DNA from: Alloprevotella sp.
GTDB taxonomy: Bacteria > Bacteroidota > Bacteroidia > Bacteroidales > Bacteroidaceae
Reading direction: 5' to 3'
Assembly: GCA_045631665.1 (NCBI GenBank)
Contig: JAZQVD010000051.1
Location: forward strand, 60,754 to 124,753
DNA: 64,000 bases
Part shown: piece after piece, positions 40,591 through 50,237 of the stretch
How positions within the stretch are numbered: position 1 is the first letter of the stretch
How the letters are laid out: every line of letters starts with the position of its first letter
Notes under the pieces: model-generated
Databases searched by the model: none
What the model saw: the letters and a program-made list of their open reading frames with translations, nothing else
What the model was told of the DNA's origin: nothing
Program-made: the position numbers and the translations under genes

Positions 40591-42035
40591 CTAGAAATTA
40601 ACATAAATAAATGAGCCTGCATCAAACACACCACATAACATTATCAAAAGAAGTATGCCAACATATCCCAACCATCTAATTATAGTATACTTATTATTCA
40701 ATATAGTATACTTTTGCGGTGCGAATTCATCCATCACATCTTTAATACCGACAACCAATATTGCAATAACTATAAAAACCAAGGCAGAAGGTGATATTTG
40801 CGCTATTGAATCAGAACAATCTGTAAATATTCTTGTTATATAAGAACAAGCATCATCTAAAGTTGGCATCCTAAAAAATATCCATACAAGAGATATCAAA
40901 ATAAACGTAGTAACAATGCGAATTGGTTTTAACCACAACAAAAGGCGACTAGCTGATAACTTCCCCTTCGGGTCTAATCCTAACATTTTCTCAACAATTT
41001 GCAGTAAACCATGTGCACAACCCCATACAATAAAAGTCCAATTAGCACCATGCCAAACACCACTCACCAAAAATGTCACCAAAATATTGAGATATTGTTT
41101 GTACTTCGAACAACGATTCCCTCCAAGGGGTATGTATACATTATATGTTAACCAACGAGTAAGTGATATATGCCAACGTTTCCAAAATTCAGTAATACTA
41201 CTTGCCAAATAAGGTCGTTTAAAATTATTAATCAAGTCAAACCCCATTAATTTTCCAACCCCAACTGCCATAAAAGAATAACCAGCAAAATCACCATAAA
41301 TCTGCAACGAATAGAGCGTAGCACCAAGTACACAAGACAAACCACTCAAATGCTGATAATTATCAAAAATCGTATCTACATAGATGCCGATTCTATCGGC
41401 AAAGACCGTTTTCATAAACATTCCCCACAATAACCATTTTAGTCCATCAACTGCCTGACCATAAGAAAATTCACGTTTCATCTTTATTTGAGGAAGCAAT
41501 TCATTCGCCTTACTTATTGGTCCTGATAAAATTTGAGGGAAAAAGCAAACGAATAACATATAATTCCACCAATTTTTCTCTACTGGGGATCTCTGATAAT
41601 ATACGTCAAATAGATATCCCACCGCCTGAAAAGTAAAGAACGAGATTCCTATAGGCGCAATAAGATTCAACTCAATAGTGCTTCCCGTCCTCAGAATATC
41701 ACAGATACTTGACAAAACGAAATCTGTATATTTAAAAATCAAGAGGGGCAATAATGCTAGAAGAGCACCCGTATATATTAAATACTTCTTTCTTCCATAT
41801 GCTTTATGTTTATCTATAAAAAAAGAGCAGAAAAATAAGTAATAGCAGTTACTCCCAATAGCACTAATGCGTATTGAGGATTCCACTGCATATACAAACC
41901 ATATGAGATGAAGATTAATAACGCATTTGCAACCCGCGTTTGATCGAATTTATACCCCAACAACCAATTGAGAAAATAATACCCACAAAAAATTATAGGA
42001 AATAACCAAACAAATTGAAAAGAATTAAAAATCAT
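40591..42035 (-). pseudogene. AlgI-like MBOAT O-acyltransferase, frameshifted at a T7 tract
   Basis: N-terminus MIFNS.. (42035-41814) and the remainder (PIGISFFTFQ, DFAGYS, FWKRWHISL, SG.WHG) are in different frames, joined at A7 41818-41824. Confidence 0.8.
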
Positions 42036-42107
42036 ATATACCTATCAAAAATTGCAAATTATATAACGTGTTTCTTATCATGATGCACTATTATATTAAT
42101 TGGCGAT

Positions 42108-42194
42108 TCATCCATTCTTTTGAATTCCAATAAGATAATTCTCTGCACTACCAAGGTGCATATAATGAATAGCTATAAAAATGCGTGGTTCCAT
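42108..42194 (-). pseudogene. relic 5' end of a GT4 gene
   Basis: MEPRIFIAIHYMHLGSAE...stop versus MKPRIFIAIHYMHLGGAE of 39682. Confidence 0.8.
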
Positions 42195-42548
42195 TGCTTC
42201 AATTGTTTGTCTAACCATTCTTTCGAAGCTACAGTTATTTTGTTCATGCATGTATTCACTTCAGACACATTCAATTCTCCTAACAAGACGTCATTATATT
42301 CAGAGACAAGTCTGTCGGATAAACCATAATCCTCTAAAATACTCTTCATACGCTCATTAATCGCATCAGCGCGATTGACAACGCTGAACTTAGTGCCCAT
42401 TATTAACGAAAATGCAGTTACATGAAAAAAGTTACTGATTACAAACCAGGCATCACAGAATCCTTCTCCACTCCAAATAAAAGTGAAATGTTTGAAAAGA
42501 TTACTTTAATTTACATATCTCATGACAAGTTATGGTTCAAATTTTCAT
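42173..42548 (-). pseudogene. internally deleted polysaccharide pyruvyl transferase
   Basis: Start MKI*TITCHE fused to the C-terminal DAWFVISNFFHVTAFSLI..N.RM..L..YGL..R. Confidence 0.7.
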
Positions 42549-43710
42549 AATCGCTATCAATTAACAGTTCCACCTTTGCCACCTCACTAATATAGGTTCT
42601 ATTTTCTTCCGCTTTGACAGTAGTAATAATAGAATCTCTTAATTTAACATCTGTCATCAATCTCAAAATATTTTCAGCGACACTCTCACTTGTCATATCT
42701 GCTATAAGTCCATTCTGTTCATGAGTAAGTTGATTGTATACCACCTCAAAATTAGTGCTTACAATAGGTTTTCCTAAGATTTTTGCTTCACCAATTGTAA
42801 GACCAAAACCTTCAGATCTTGAAGGTTGAACATAGACATCTGCCTGTGCCATATAGGCATAAGGGTTTGTTTGCAATCCAAGAAGCACAACTTCTTTTTC
42901 AACGCCAAGTTCTTTCTTCCATTTCTCAATATTGGGGCGTTCAGGACCTTCGCCTACAAAATACCAATGAAACTTAACCCCATGTTGCTTTAATATACTC
43001 GCTGCTTTTACTGCGATGTCATAACCTTTGGGAGGAACTAAACGCGCCACTGTCACAAAAACATATTCATTCAGTTCTGTTCGTAAGTTTGACACCTGCT
43101 CCCCAGAAAGTGTACGAATTAAATTCGGATTTTGGATATCGTAAACCACGCTATACTTTCCCTTAAATTCTGGTAACTTTTCAAGCATCAGATCTCTTAA
43201 AATGCTTGAAACAGGGACAATCCGTGTGAACCTACAATAGAACTTAGAATTAAATTTTGCATTATATCCCTCAGCAAAAATATTAGCATTTACCCATGCA
43301 AACTTTTTGGGCGTTTCAATCTTCTTGGCAACAAGATAAGTAGGGAATCCCTGTTGATACGCAAAAACCGCATCCCATTCTTCCTCGGGAATCTTGTACG
43401 CCCATCCAATACATTTCCACAAAGTCTCAGCATAATTCTCTTTTATGTTCAGAAAGCGCATGATACGAATCAACAGAGAGTAGTAAAGGTGACTAATGCG
43501 AAGTTTCAACTTCTCAAATTGATTGTACGAGGGGTGTTTTATAACACGAACATCCTTAGGAACCAAAGACACGAACGGTCCCGTAGGGGACAACATCCAT
43601 AAAGATATCTCATATTTCTCCTTATTTAGCAATGGGAGCAATGAAACCAAACTTTTCTCTGCCCCACCACAATTGAGAGAGTCTATAATAAAAAGTATTT
43701 TTTTCTTCAT
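42520..43710 (-). CDS. glycosyltransferase family 4
   Basis: GGAEKSL, ARL...KG, NPY, PSRSEGFG...EA. Confidence 0.9.
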   Translation of the reverse strand: MKKKILFIIDSLNCGGAEKSLVSLLPLLNKEKYEISLWMLSPTGPFVSLVPKDVRVIKHPSYNQFEKLKLRISHLYYSLLIRIMRFLNIKENYAETLWKCIGWAYKIPEEEWDAVFAYQQGFPTYLVAKKIETPKKFAWVNANIFAEGYNAKFNSKFYCRFTRIVPVSSILRDLMLEKLPEFKGKYSVVYDIQNPNLIRTLSGEQVSNLRTELNEYVFVTVARLVPPKGYDIAVKAASILKQHGVKFHWYFVGEGPERPNIEKWKKELGVEKEVVLLGLQTNPYAYMAQADVYVQPSRSEGFGLTIGEAKILGKPIVSTNFEVVYNQLTHEQNGLIADMTSESVAENILRLMTDVKLRDSIITTVKAEENRTYISEVAKVELLIDSDYENLNHNLS

Positions 43711-43732
43711 AAACAATATCCCGCAAATAACA

Positions 43733-44848
43733 TCAATTTAAGTATTGAGACAAATAATCTTTAGTTTGATTCTGTTGAAATCTAAGATACTCATCAAATT
43801 TTTGGAAGTTTAATGGTTCCAACATCTCATCGTTAATTTTCCCTACGCATATTTGAGAATCCAGCCCGCTTTCTAACAGCAACTCTTCAACTCTACAATT
43901 CATTCTCGCATATCCACCGACTAAAGGTATTGTACAAAAACGACGATGGTACAAAAGACTAAAGACAGTGCAATGAAATGAGTTTGTAACAATGAACTCA
44001 GCATTGGCTACTAAATCTACAAATTCTCCAACTTGAGCTGGATATTTCTCAAATTCATCAACTTTTCCTTGACTTGCGATATATATTATTTCAAGAGAAT
44101 GTCTTTTTGCAAAAGCATAGAAATCACGAGTACTTTGTTGTATTGGATTACCCAAGAGATAGAGTAATAAATAAGGTTTTTTTACATTAACGGGTATTCT
44201 TATTTTATCATAATCTTCCTTGTTCAACAATAATGTTGGGTCTACCACCTTAACCGCATCCAAACGTTGCAAATCTTTGCATAAATCTACACCAGATTGT
44301 TCTCTGATACCAACAAAATCAAAACGCTTTAGTAGTCGCTGCAACTCATCTTTATAATCATCATCAAAATTTTTACAACCTCCAAACGATGGAGCATATG
44401 CTATTTTGATACTATCTGAAGGAGCAAAACTTAGGTAATAAGCCCAATCACTACCCCATATTTGGTCACTTCCACATATATAAGCATTTGCAAGAGGAGG
44501 AGTCTTGACAATTGACTCTGCTGTGTAAATAACTGGAGACATTTCTACGTAAGTTTCTAAAAATGAAGAAAATTTACGCAAGTCATTATTTGTTACTTGA
44601 GCGTATTTTTGCTCCTCTAATTCCAAAGTTCTTCTGTTAAGAAACCACTTCAAATACAAAGGAAATTTTATTATGTAGTTAAATACATTACTCCATCTAA
44701 AATCAGCACGCTTAGGTAGATTCCTTTGATAACGTATTAAGAAGGGGTTATGCCCCTGCTTTTTAAGATATACCTGCATCGCATATAGTTGAAGCATCTG
44801 GCCATAATTATCTTTAGAGTCCCAGTAAGTAATAACACCAATTCTCAT
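43733..44848 (-). CDS. polysaccharide pyruvyl transferase family protein
   Basis: NYG..LQ.YA, GSDQIW, YAPSFG, RE, DPTLL, NSFH. Confidence 0.9.
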   Translation of the reverse strand: MRIGVITYWDSKDNYGQMLQLYAMQVYLKKQGHNPFLIRYQRNLPKRADFRWSNVFNYIIKFPLYLKWFLNRRTLELEEQKYAQVTNNDLRKFSSFLETYVEMSPVIYTAESIVKTPPLANAYICGSDQIWGSDWAYYLSFAPSDSIKIAYAPSFGGCKNFDDDYKDELQRLLKRFDFVGIREQSGVDLCKDLQRLDAVKVVDPTLLLNKEDYDKIRIPVNVKKPYLLLYLLGNPIQQSTRDFYAFAKRHSLEIIYIASQGKVDEFEKYPAQVGEFVDLVANAEFIVTNSFHCTVFSLLYHRRFCTIPLVGGYARMNCRVEELLLESGLDSQICVGKINDEMLEPLNFQKFDEYLRFQQNQTKDYLSQYLN

Positions 44849-44864
44849 AATTTAAAAATATTTC

Positions 44865-46142
44865 TTATTTTTTTAAAACAAACTTTAGAATCTTATACAT
44901 AATTGTTTTCAAACATATCATCAAAGAAGGTCTTTGTGTACGTCTATGGTACTTCCTAATTTTTTCATGGAAACTTACTCCATCTGAAACAAAGAAAAGT
45001 TGTCTGTTTTTAGGCGTATCACAAGAGTGGAGAAGGCACTTGTTTCTTACAGACAACTCTTCATAAGATGTCGAAAATAGAACCATTGGGATTTCCCCTA
45101 TATACTCTAAACCTTTCAGTGTATTAAGAACTATAGCAGAAATTCCTCTATCATCATCCAAATTAGGCATCAAACTACTTATTCCCCAATAATCTCCAAT
45201 AGTTATATCGCTACCACTTTTCCCCTTTCTAGCAATGCATTTATGACAACTCGGGCGCAAGTATAAATCGCTCAAAAAACCCTTCATGAAGGAATTTTCA
45301 TGCAGTGTATAGGAGAGAGAAACTGAATTTTTCTCTCCTGCGGTTGTCACCTTGGAGAGCGGTTTTAAGGAGAGAACGAAACTGAATTTTTTCCAACCGA
45401 CACGCTTATCGCGGAAGCGGATGTCCTCAATTTCAAATCCTTGTTCACGTGCAAGGACATCAGCTTTCGCAATCGAAGGAATAGGTAAGGAAGAACGAAA
45501 CTGATTTTTTTTGCCGCTCTGGCGAGCGGTTTCCTTTGCAAATTCTTCACCCAAATACCAACGAAAAACACCAGGAGAGGGTGTGCCATGGCAAATAAAA
45601 TCAACCGCTAGGAGATTTTCATAATCTTTACGCAAAAAGAGTTTTAATGCAGCAATCTGACAAGGAGTTCCCGAATAAAGAACTTGCCGTCCTTCCTTCA
45701 AGAAATTCTCTGCTTGTTTGAAGGTTGCTCCTACTCGGCTTTGCACATATTTGCTTCCACGAAATGCAGCCAGACCTTCTTTGGTTTCTGTATAAGCATG
45801 TACCGCTTCAAAATGCTCATTCCACTTTACTCCAAAGACTACACCACCTGCTACAATCGTCTGCTCTGCCAATTGGGTAAATACCCCCCCCGAACTACTC
45901 TCCATACGAATTCGTTCATTGGGATTCTTTGCTGCAAAGACTTCGAGTGGGGTACGTTCTTCTGCTTGATGTATAACGGGGCAAACCTTTTCACACAATC
46001 CGCAATCTATGCAGACGTCAAGATCAACCTCAGGATAAAGGAAACCTTCTTCATCCTCATGCAACGAGATGCATTGTTTAGGACAGCGTTGCACACATGC
46101 AGAACATCCGCAGCAGTCTTGTTTATTTTGAATATTTATCAT
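44865..46142 (-). CDS. 4Fe-4S / coenzyme F420 hydrogenase beta-subunit (FrhB)-like protein
   Basis: CCGCSAC...CP, CIDCGLC...CP, SSSGG.F, GSKY.QS, GTPCQ, CHG.P, LRPSC..C, DITIGDYWG. Confidence 0.88.
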   Translation of the reverse strand: MINIQNKQDCCGCSACVQRCPKQCISLHEDEEGFLYPEVDLDVCIDCGLCEKVCPVIHQAEERTPLEVFAAKNPNERIRMESSSGGVFTQLAEQTIVAGGVVFGVKWNEHFEAVHAYTETKEGLAAFRGSKYVQSRVGATFKQAENFLKEGRQVLYSGTPCQIAALKLFLRKDYENLLAVDFICHGTPSPGVFRWYLGEEFAKETARQSGKKNQFRSSLPIPSIAKADVLAREQGFEIEDIRFRDKRVGWKKFSFVLSLKPLSKVTTAGEKNSVSLSYTLHENSFMKGFLSDLYLRPSCHKCIARKGKSGSDITIGDYWGISSLMPNLDDDRGISAIVLNTLKGLEYIGEIPMVLFSTSYEELSVRNKCLLHSCDTPKNRQLFFVSDGVSFHEKIRKYHRRTQRPSLMICLKTIMYKILKFVLKK

Positions 46143-46210
46143 GAAAATCTATATATTTAACACCATTATTTACACTACATCTATTTTCAAAGGTCTGTTC
46201 TTCTAAGACA

Positions 46211-47719
46211 TCATCGGTTTATTATTTTCGTCAAAGGTCTCACAAATAAATCACGTTCACTACTATTCATACTAAATATGAAGAATGCTGTCAGATAAAT
46301 CATACTGAATAACATACTTGCTATAGTAAAAGATGTCCATGATGTGATAGAATTGTATTGTAAAGCAATATATGACAGACTGCAAATTATAAGTGGAGCC
46401 ATGGACATCTTAACGATTTCTCTCCAAAAACCAATGATATCCAATCCTTGTTTACTACAATAATAAATGTTCATAATAATTATATGTCCTAACGTCAATG
46501 CAGTTGCAGTACCAACCGCACAACCAATTCCTCCATAATACTTGGTTAAAGGAATAGAAATCCCCAAACTTCCAACGGCGATGAAGATATATAGCAAGGA
46601 ACGGAACTTCATTTGATTACGTGCCTGAAGTATGGTGATGCCTAAATTCTGAATAAGAGGAACCGTCAAAGGTATAAAGAAGAGTAACGCTATAATATAG
46701 GCATCCTCATATCCTGCACCGGCCCACAATTCTATAAAGGGGCGTCCTAAAACTATAAATGCACATAAGATAAACGACATCACTATATATTGTATGCGTC
46801 CCGTGCGGATAAAAAGGTCTGATATAGCTTTAGTATTATTTTCCTTCGCCACCATCGCTGTAACCTTAGGCAAGAATACTCCGCTAATCGCGGTAGAAAA
46901 CATCATATACATGCTCTGCAACTGAATAGCCACCGCATAAACAGCAATAGCTGCCGCACCACGATAAATACCCAAAACGAATTGACCTGTGCTCCAATAA
47001 ATACGGTCCATGATGGCATTGAGGAATATCCAGAAACTATAAATTGAAACTTCCTTCAAGAAAGCCCACTTAAATTGTCCATGGCGAACTTTTATGGATA
47101 GTTTGTACTTGCAGTACCACCAATTAATTAGGAGTGTCACTACATTGAATATGGTGGTAACAACTACCATGGCAACAGCCTTATAACCTACAACTAAAAG
47201 CAATACCATCACAATGGGATTCAATACACCTCGAATGATGCTCACCACTCTTTGGAACACGAAACGCTCGTAAGCAGTCATTATGCTACCCCAAATACTC
47301 ATGGGGAAAGTAAACGCCAAGTTAAAAGTCATCAACCATAACATAATGCGAGTGCGCTCGACTTCTGTTGCTGTCATCTTGGCAGAGAACAAACCTTCTA
47401 CATTCCATGCCAATACACCACCTGCGACCATGGCAATAAGTCCAATACCTATATAAAGAACAAGAAACATTCCAAACATTTCTTCTTGCTCTCGCTGTTT
47501 GCCTTCTGCACGAAATTTAGCGGTGTAGCGAACAATGGCATTGCCAAAACCAAGGTCAAGCACTGTCAAATATGCAATGATAGACGCTGCTAACGAATAC
47601 AATCCATATTCGGACTGCCCCAATGTGCGCAACATGTAAGGGGTATATACCAATCCCACAACCATGTGTAAGATGATAGATACATAATTCAAAGCAGCGC
47701 CTGCTTTAAGTTGATTCAT
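46211..47719 (-). CDS. wzx: Wzx flippase
   Basis: LG..EYG.Y, DLG; multi-TM MOP-family pattern. Confidence 0.85.
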   Translation of the reverse strand: MNQLKAGAALNYVSIILHMVVGLVYTPYMLRTLGQSEYGLYSLAASIIAYLTVLDLGFGNAIVRYTAKFRAEGKQREQEEMFGMFLVLYIGIGLIAMVAGGVLAWNVEGLFSAKMTATEVERTRIMLWLMTFNLAFTFPMSIWGSIMTAYERFVFQRVVSIIRGVLNPIVMVLLLVVGYKAVAMVVVTTIFNVVTLLINWWYCKYKLSIKVRHGQFKWAFLKEVSIYSFWIFLNAIMDRIYWSTGQFVLGIYRGAAAIAVYAVAIQLQSMYMMFSTAISGVFLPKVTAMVAKENNTKAISDLFIRTGRIQYIVMSFILCAFIVLGRPFIELWAGAGYEDAYIIALLFFIPLTVPLIQNLGITILQARNQMKFRSLLYIFIAVGSLGISIPLTKYYGGIGCAVGTATALTLGHIIIMNIYYCSKQGLDIIGFWREIVKMSMAPLIICSLSYIALQYNSITSWTSFTIASMLFSMIYLTAFFIFSMNSSERDLFVRPLTKIINR

Positions 47720-47806
47720 GAGGTAATAAAAAACGTTTGCAATATAATAAAAGAATATTGATAAAAACTATGTATTACCAATAAACGATCCTCTCTATTC
47801 ATTTAT

Positions 47807-48070
47807 TTATGAGTGGTTATGTAATTTTATCCACTCCCATGCCCAATCCTTACTCATTATTATATATGAGTCTGAATTGAAATTTGTAGAATGCCGCTCA
47901 ACTTCATCTGACAATAAATCAGCAAAGCAGACTACGGCATAAGCACCCTCTGTAAATTCGTGCATGAAATTACTCTTCTCTAAACAATAAGAAGGCCAGA
48001 AAGCACCAGACTCAAGAATATTGCAAAGTGAATCGTATTTTGTGCAATGATGAAGTTGGGGCGTTTCCAT
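47807..48070 (-). pseudogene. truncated AbiGi-like (abortive infection family) gene
   Basis: LHH.T..L..IL..F.P.YC.E...VCF.D...H...SK.WA, then an early stop. Confidence 0.55.
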
Positions 48071-48265
48071 ATTTTGCAATTTACCTTGAAAATAGAGAGT
48101 GGAGAGTTGATAGTTCTGTGAGGAGAGTTAAATTAGCGAGGAGTGAGGAACTTGGAGTGAGGAGTTGCCGTATGGGGTGCAGATGAGGTATGTATTTAGA
48201 AAGCAGACCGTACGTACTTTTCAAGTGAATACACGATGGGGGGACGAGTGGTTGTTAATCCCCTC

Positions 48266-50200
48266 TTACTTCTTATCGTACTGCTCGTAAATAGAGTTCT
48301 TGGAGATGAATTCGGGGACTACTTGCTTCATGAGTTTCACCATTTCGGGGATTTCCACAATGCGGCTGTAGTTTTCGAGTTTGTCTACTGCGGCACAGGC
48401 ATCTTCGTAGTTGTACTCACGCACCTTAGCAATGTGGATGCGCTTGTGCTCGGTGGGGATGGTGTTTTCGGCATTGGAAAGTACTTCTTCGTACAATTTT
48501 TCTCCCGGACGGAGACCTGTGTACTCAATGCTAATATCCTTACCTTCTTCAAGTCCAGCGAGTTTAATCATGCGCTTTGCGAGGTCTGCAATCTTCACGC
48601 TTTCGCCCATGTCAAACACAAAGATTTGGTTGCCATCGGTCATTGTGGCGGCTTCCATCACAAGGCGACAGGCTTCGGGAATAGTCATGAAGAAGCGCGT
48701 GATTTCGGGGTGAGTAACGGTAATGGGACCGCCCTTTTCAATTTGTGCACGGAAGCGGGGAATTACCGAACCATTGGAACCGAGAACATTGCCGAAGCGG
48801 GTGGTGACAAACTTGGTCTTGCCGGACGTTTTACCTTGCTCCATGCTTAAGCCGAGGCTCTGTACATAGATTTCTGCCAAACGCTTGGTGCATCCCATAA
48901 TGTTGGTGGGATTCACAGCCTTGTCGGTGCTGACCATCACCATCTGTTCTACATCATACTTCAAACAGAAGTCTGCGACATTTCGCGAACCGTATACATT
49001 TACCAATACCGCTTCACAGGGGTTTTCTTCCATCAAAGGTACATGCTTATATGCGGCAGCGTGGAACACTACCTGAGGACGGTACTTGCGGAAGGCAAAA
49101 TCGAGGCGCTGGGGTTGACGCACATCACCAATTACTGGAACGAAGTTCAATTCGGGGAAGCGTTCATCAAACTCCAAACGCACATTGTGCATGGGGGTTT
49201 CAGCATTGTCGAACATCACGAGTTGCTTCACACCAAAAGTAGCCAACTGACGGCAGAGTTCAGAACCAATACTACCAGCTGCACCCGTTACCATCACTAC
49301 CTTACCCGCAAAATTCTTCTTAATTACCTCCATGTTAATCTGAATTTCTTCACGACCAAGGAGGTCCTCAATCTTCACTTCACGGATGACGGTGCGCTCA
49401 TCATTGCGCGACTTGCCATATTCGTCCATCGGGGGAGTAATGAAGAACTTCATCCCACTCTCCATACCAAAGACAATGAGGCGTTCGCGCTCGGAAGCAG
49501 CACTGCGCTGGGTGGGAAAGATTACGGCATCAATATCGTACTTCTCGTGAATTGCCTTAACATCCTGAAGACTATTAAAATAGTTACCAGGCAATCCCTG
49601 CATCGTAAAGCGCTTAGATGACTTTGCATAATCAATAAAACCCTTAATGCGATAGGTTGAAGACCCCTTAAAGCGCATTGCTAAAGACGCAGCCTTCTCG
49701 CCACTACCATACACCAACACATTGAGTGTCTGGTCGTTGTAAGGAAGACTTACTTTCAAGAAGTCGTATACTACCACCATCAACACACGCACAACAATCA
49801 GTGCGCCGAAGGTAAACATCAAGTCGAAGATGAGCAAAGCCAAAGGCAAGCGCCACGACAATGCCAAGAGTGTGAAGGCACCACCTACGATGAGCACCAA
49901 TGCGACCGACTTTACAACAGCTGCACCCAATAAGCGCGTGAAGTCACGCAGGGTGGAGTGGCGAATAATGGTGCGATAGGTAGTCCACAAGCGGAAGCAG
50001 ATGAGCGATAATACCAATGAGACGCCGACCCACCACAATGAGAAATTCCACAAGGGATACCATTTTCCCATCAACACAAACACCAACAGCGTGGCGATTG
50101 AAGCCAATACCGAGCACGCTACATCTATTGCCAAAATCAACATGGGACTCAGGTAGCGCTTGGGAAAGAGTTTTTTTCTGATAAATGTAAACATGGCCAT
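48266..50200 (-). CDS. CapD/PglF-type UDP-GlcNAc 4,6-dehydratase
   Basis: 4 TM, TGAAGSIGSE, HAAAYKHVP, STDKAV, RFGNVLGSNGS, RPGEKL. Confidence 0.93.
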   Translation of the reverse strand: MAMFTFIRKKLFPKRYLSPMLILAIDVACSVLASIATLLVFVLMGKWYPLWNFSLWWVGVSLVLSLICFRLWTTYRTIIRHSTLRDFTRLLGAAVVKSVALVLIVGGAFTLLALSWRLPLALLIFDLMFTFGALIVVRVLMVVVYDFLKVSLPYNDQTLNVLVYGSGEKAASLAMRFKGSSTYRIKGFIDYAKSSKRFTMQGLPGNYFNSLQDVKAIHEKYDIDAVIFPTQRSAASERERLIVFGMESGMKFFITPPMDEYGKSRNDERTVIREVKIEDLLGREEIQINMEVIKKNFAGKVVMVTGAAGSIGSELCRQLATFGVKQLVMFDNAETPMHNVRLEFDERFPELNFVPVIGDVRQPQRLDFAFRKYRPQVVFHAAAYKHVPLMEENPCEAVLVNVYGSRNVADFCLKYDVEQMVMVSTDKAVNPTNIMGCTKRLAEIYVQSLGLSMEQGKTSGKTKFVTTRFGNVLGSNGSVIPRFRAQIEKGGPITVTHPEITRFFMTIPEACRLVMEAATMTDGNQIFVFDMGESVKIADLAKRMIKLAGLEEGKDISIEYTGLRPGEKLYEEVLSNAENTIPTEHKRIHIAKVREYNYEDACAAVDKLENYSRIVEIPEMVKLMKQVVPEFISKNSIYEQYDKK

Positions 50201-50237
50201 ATTTTTTGCTTTTTATATTACAAGGGGACTATTGGGT

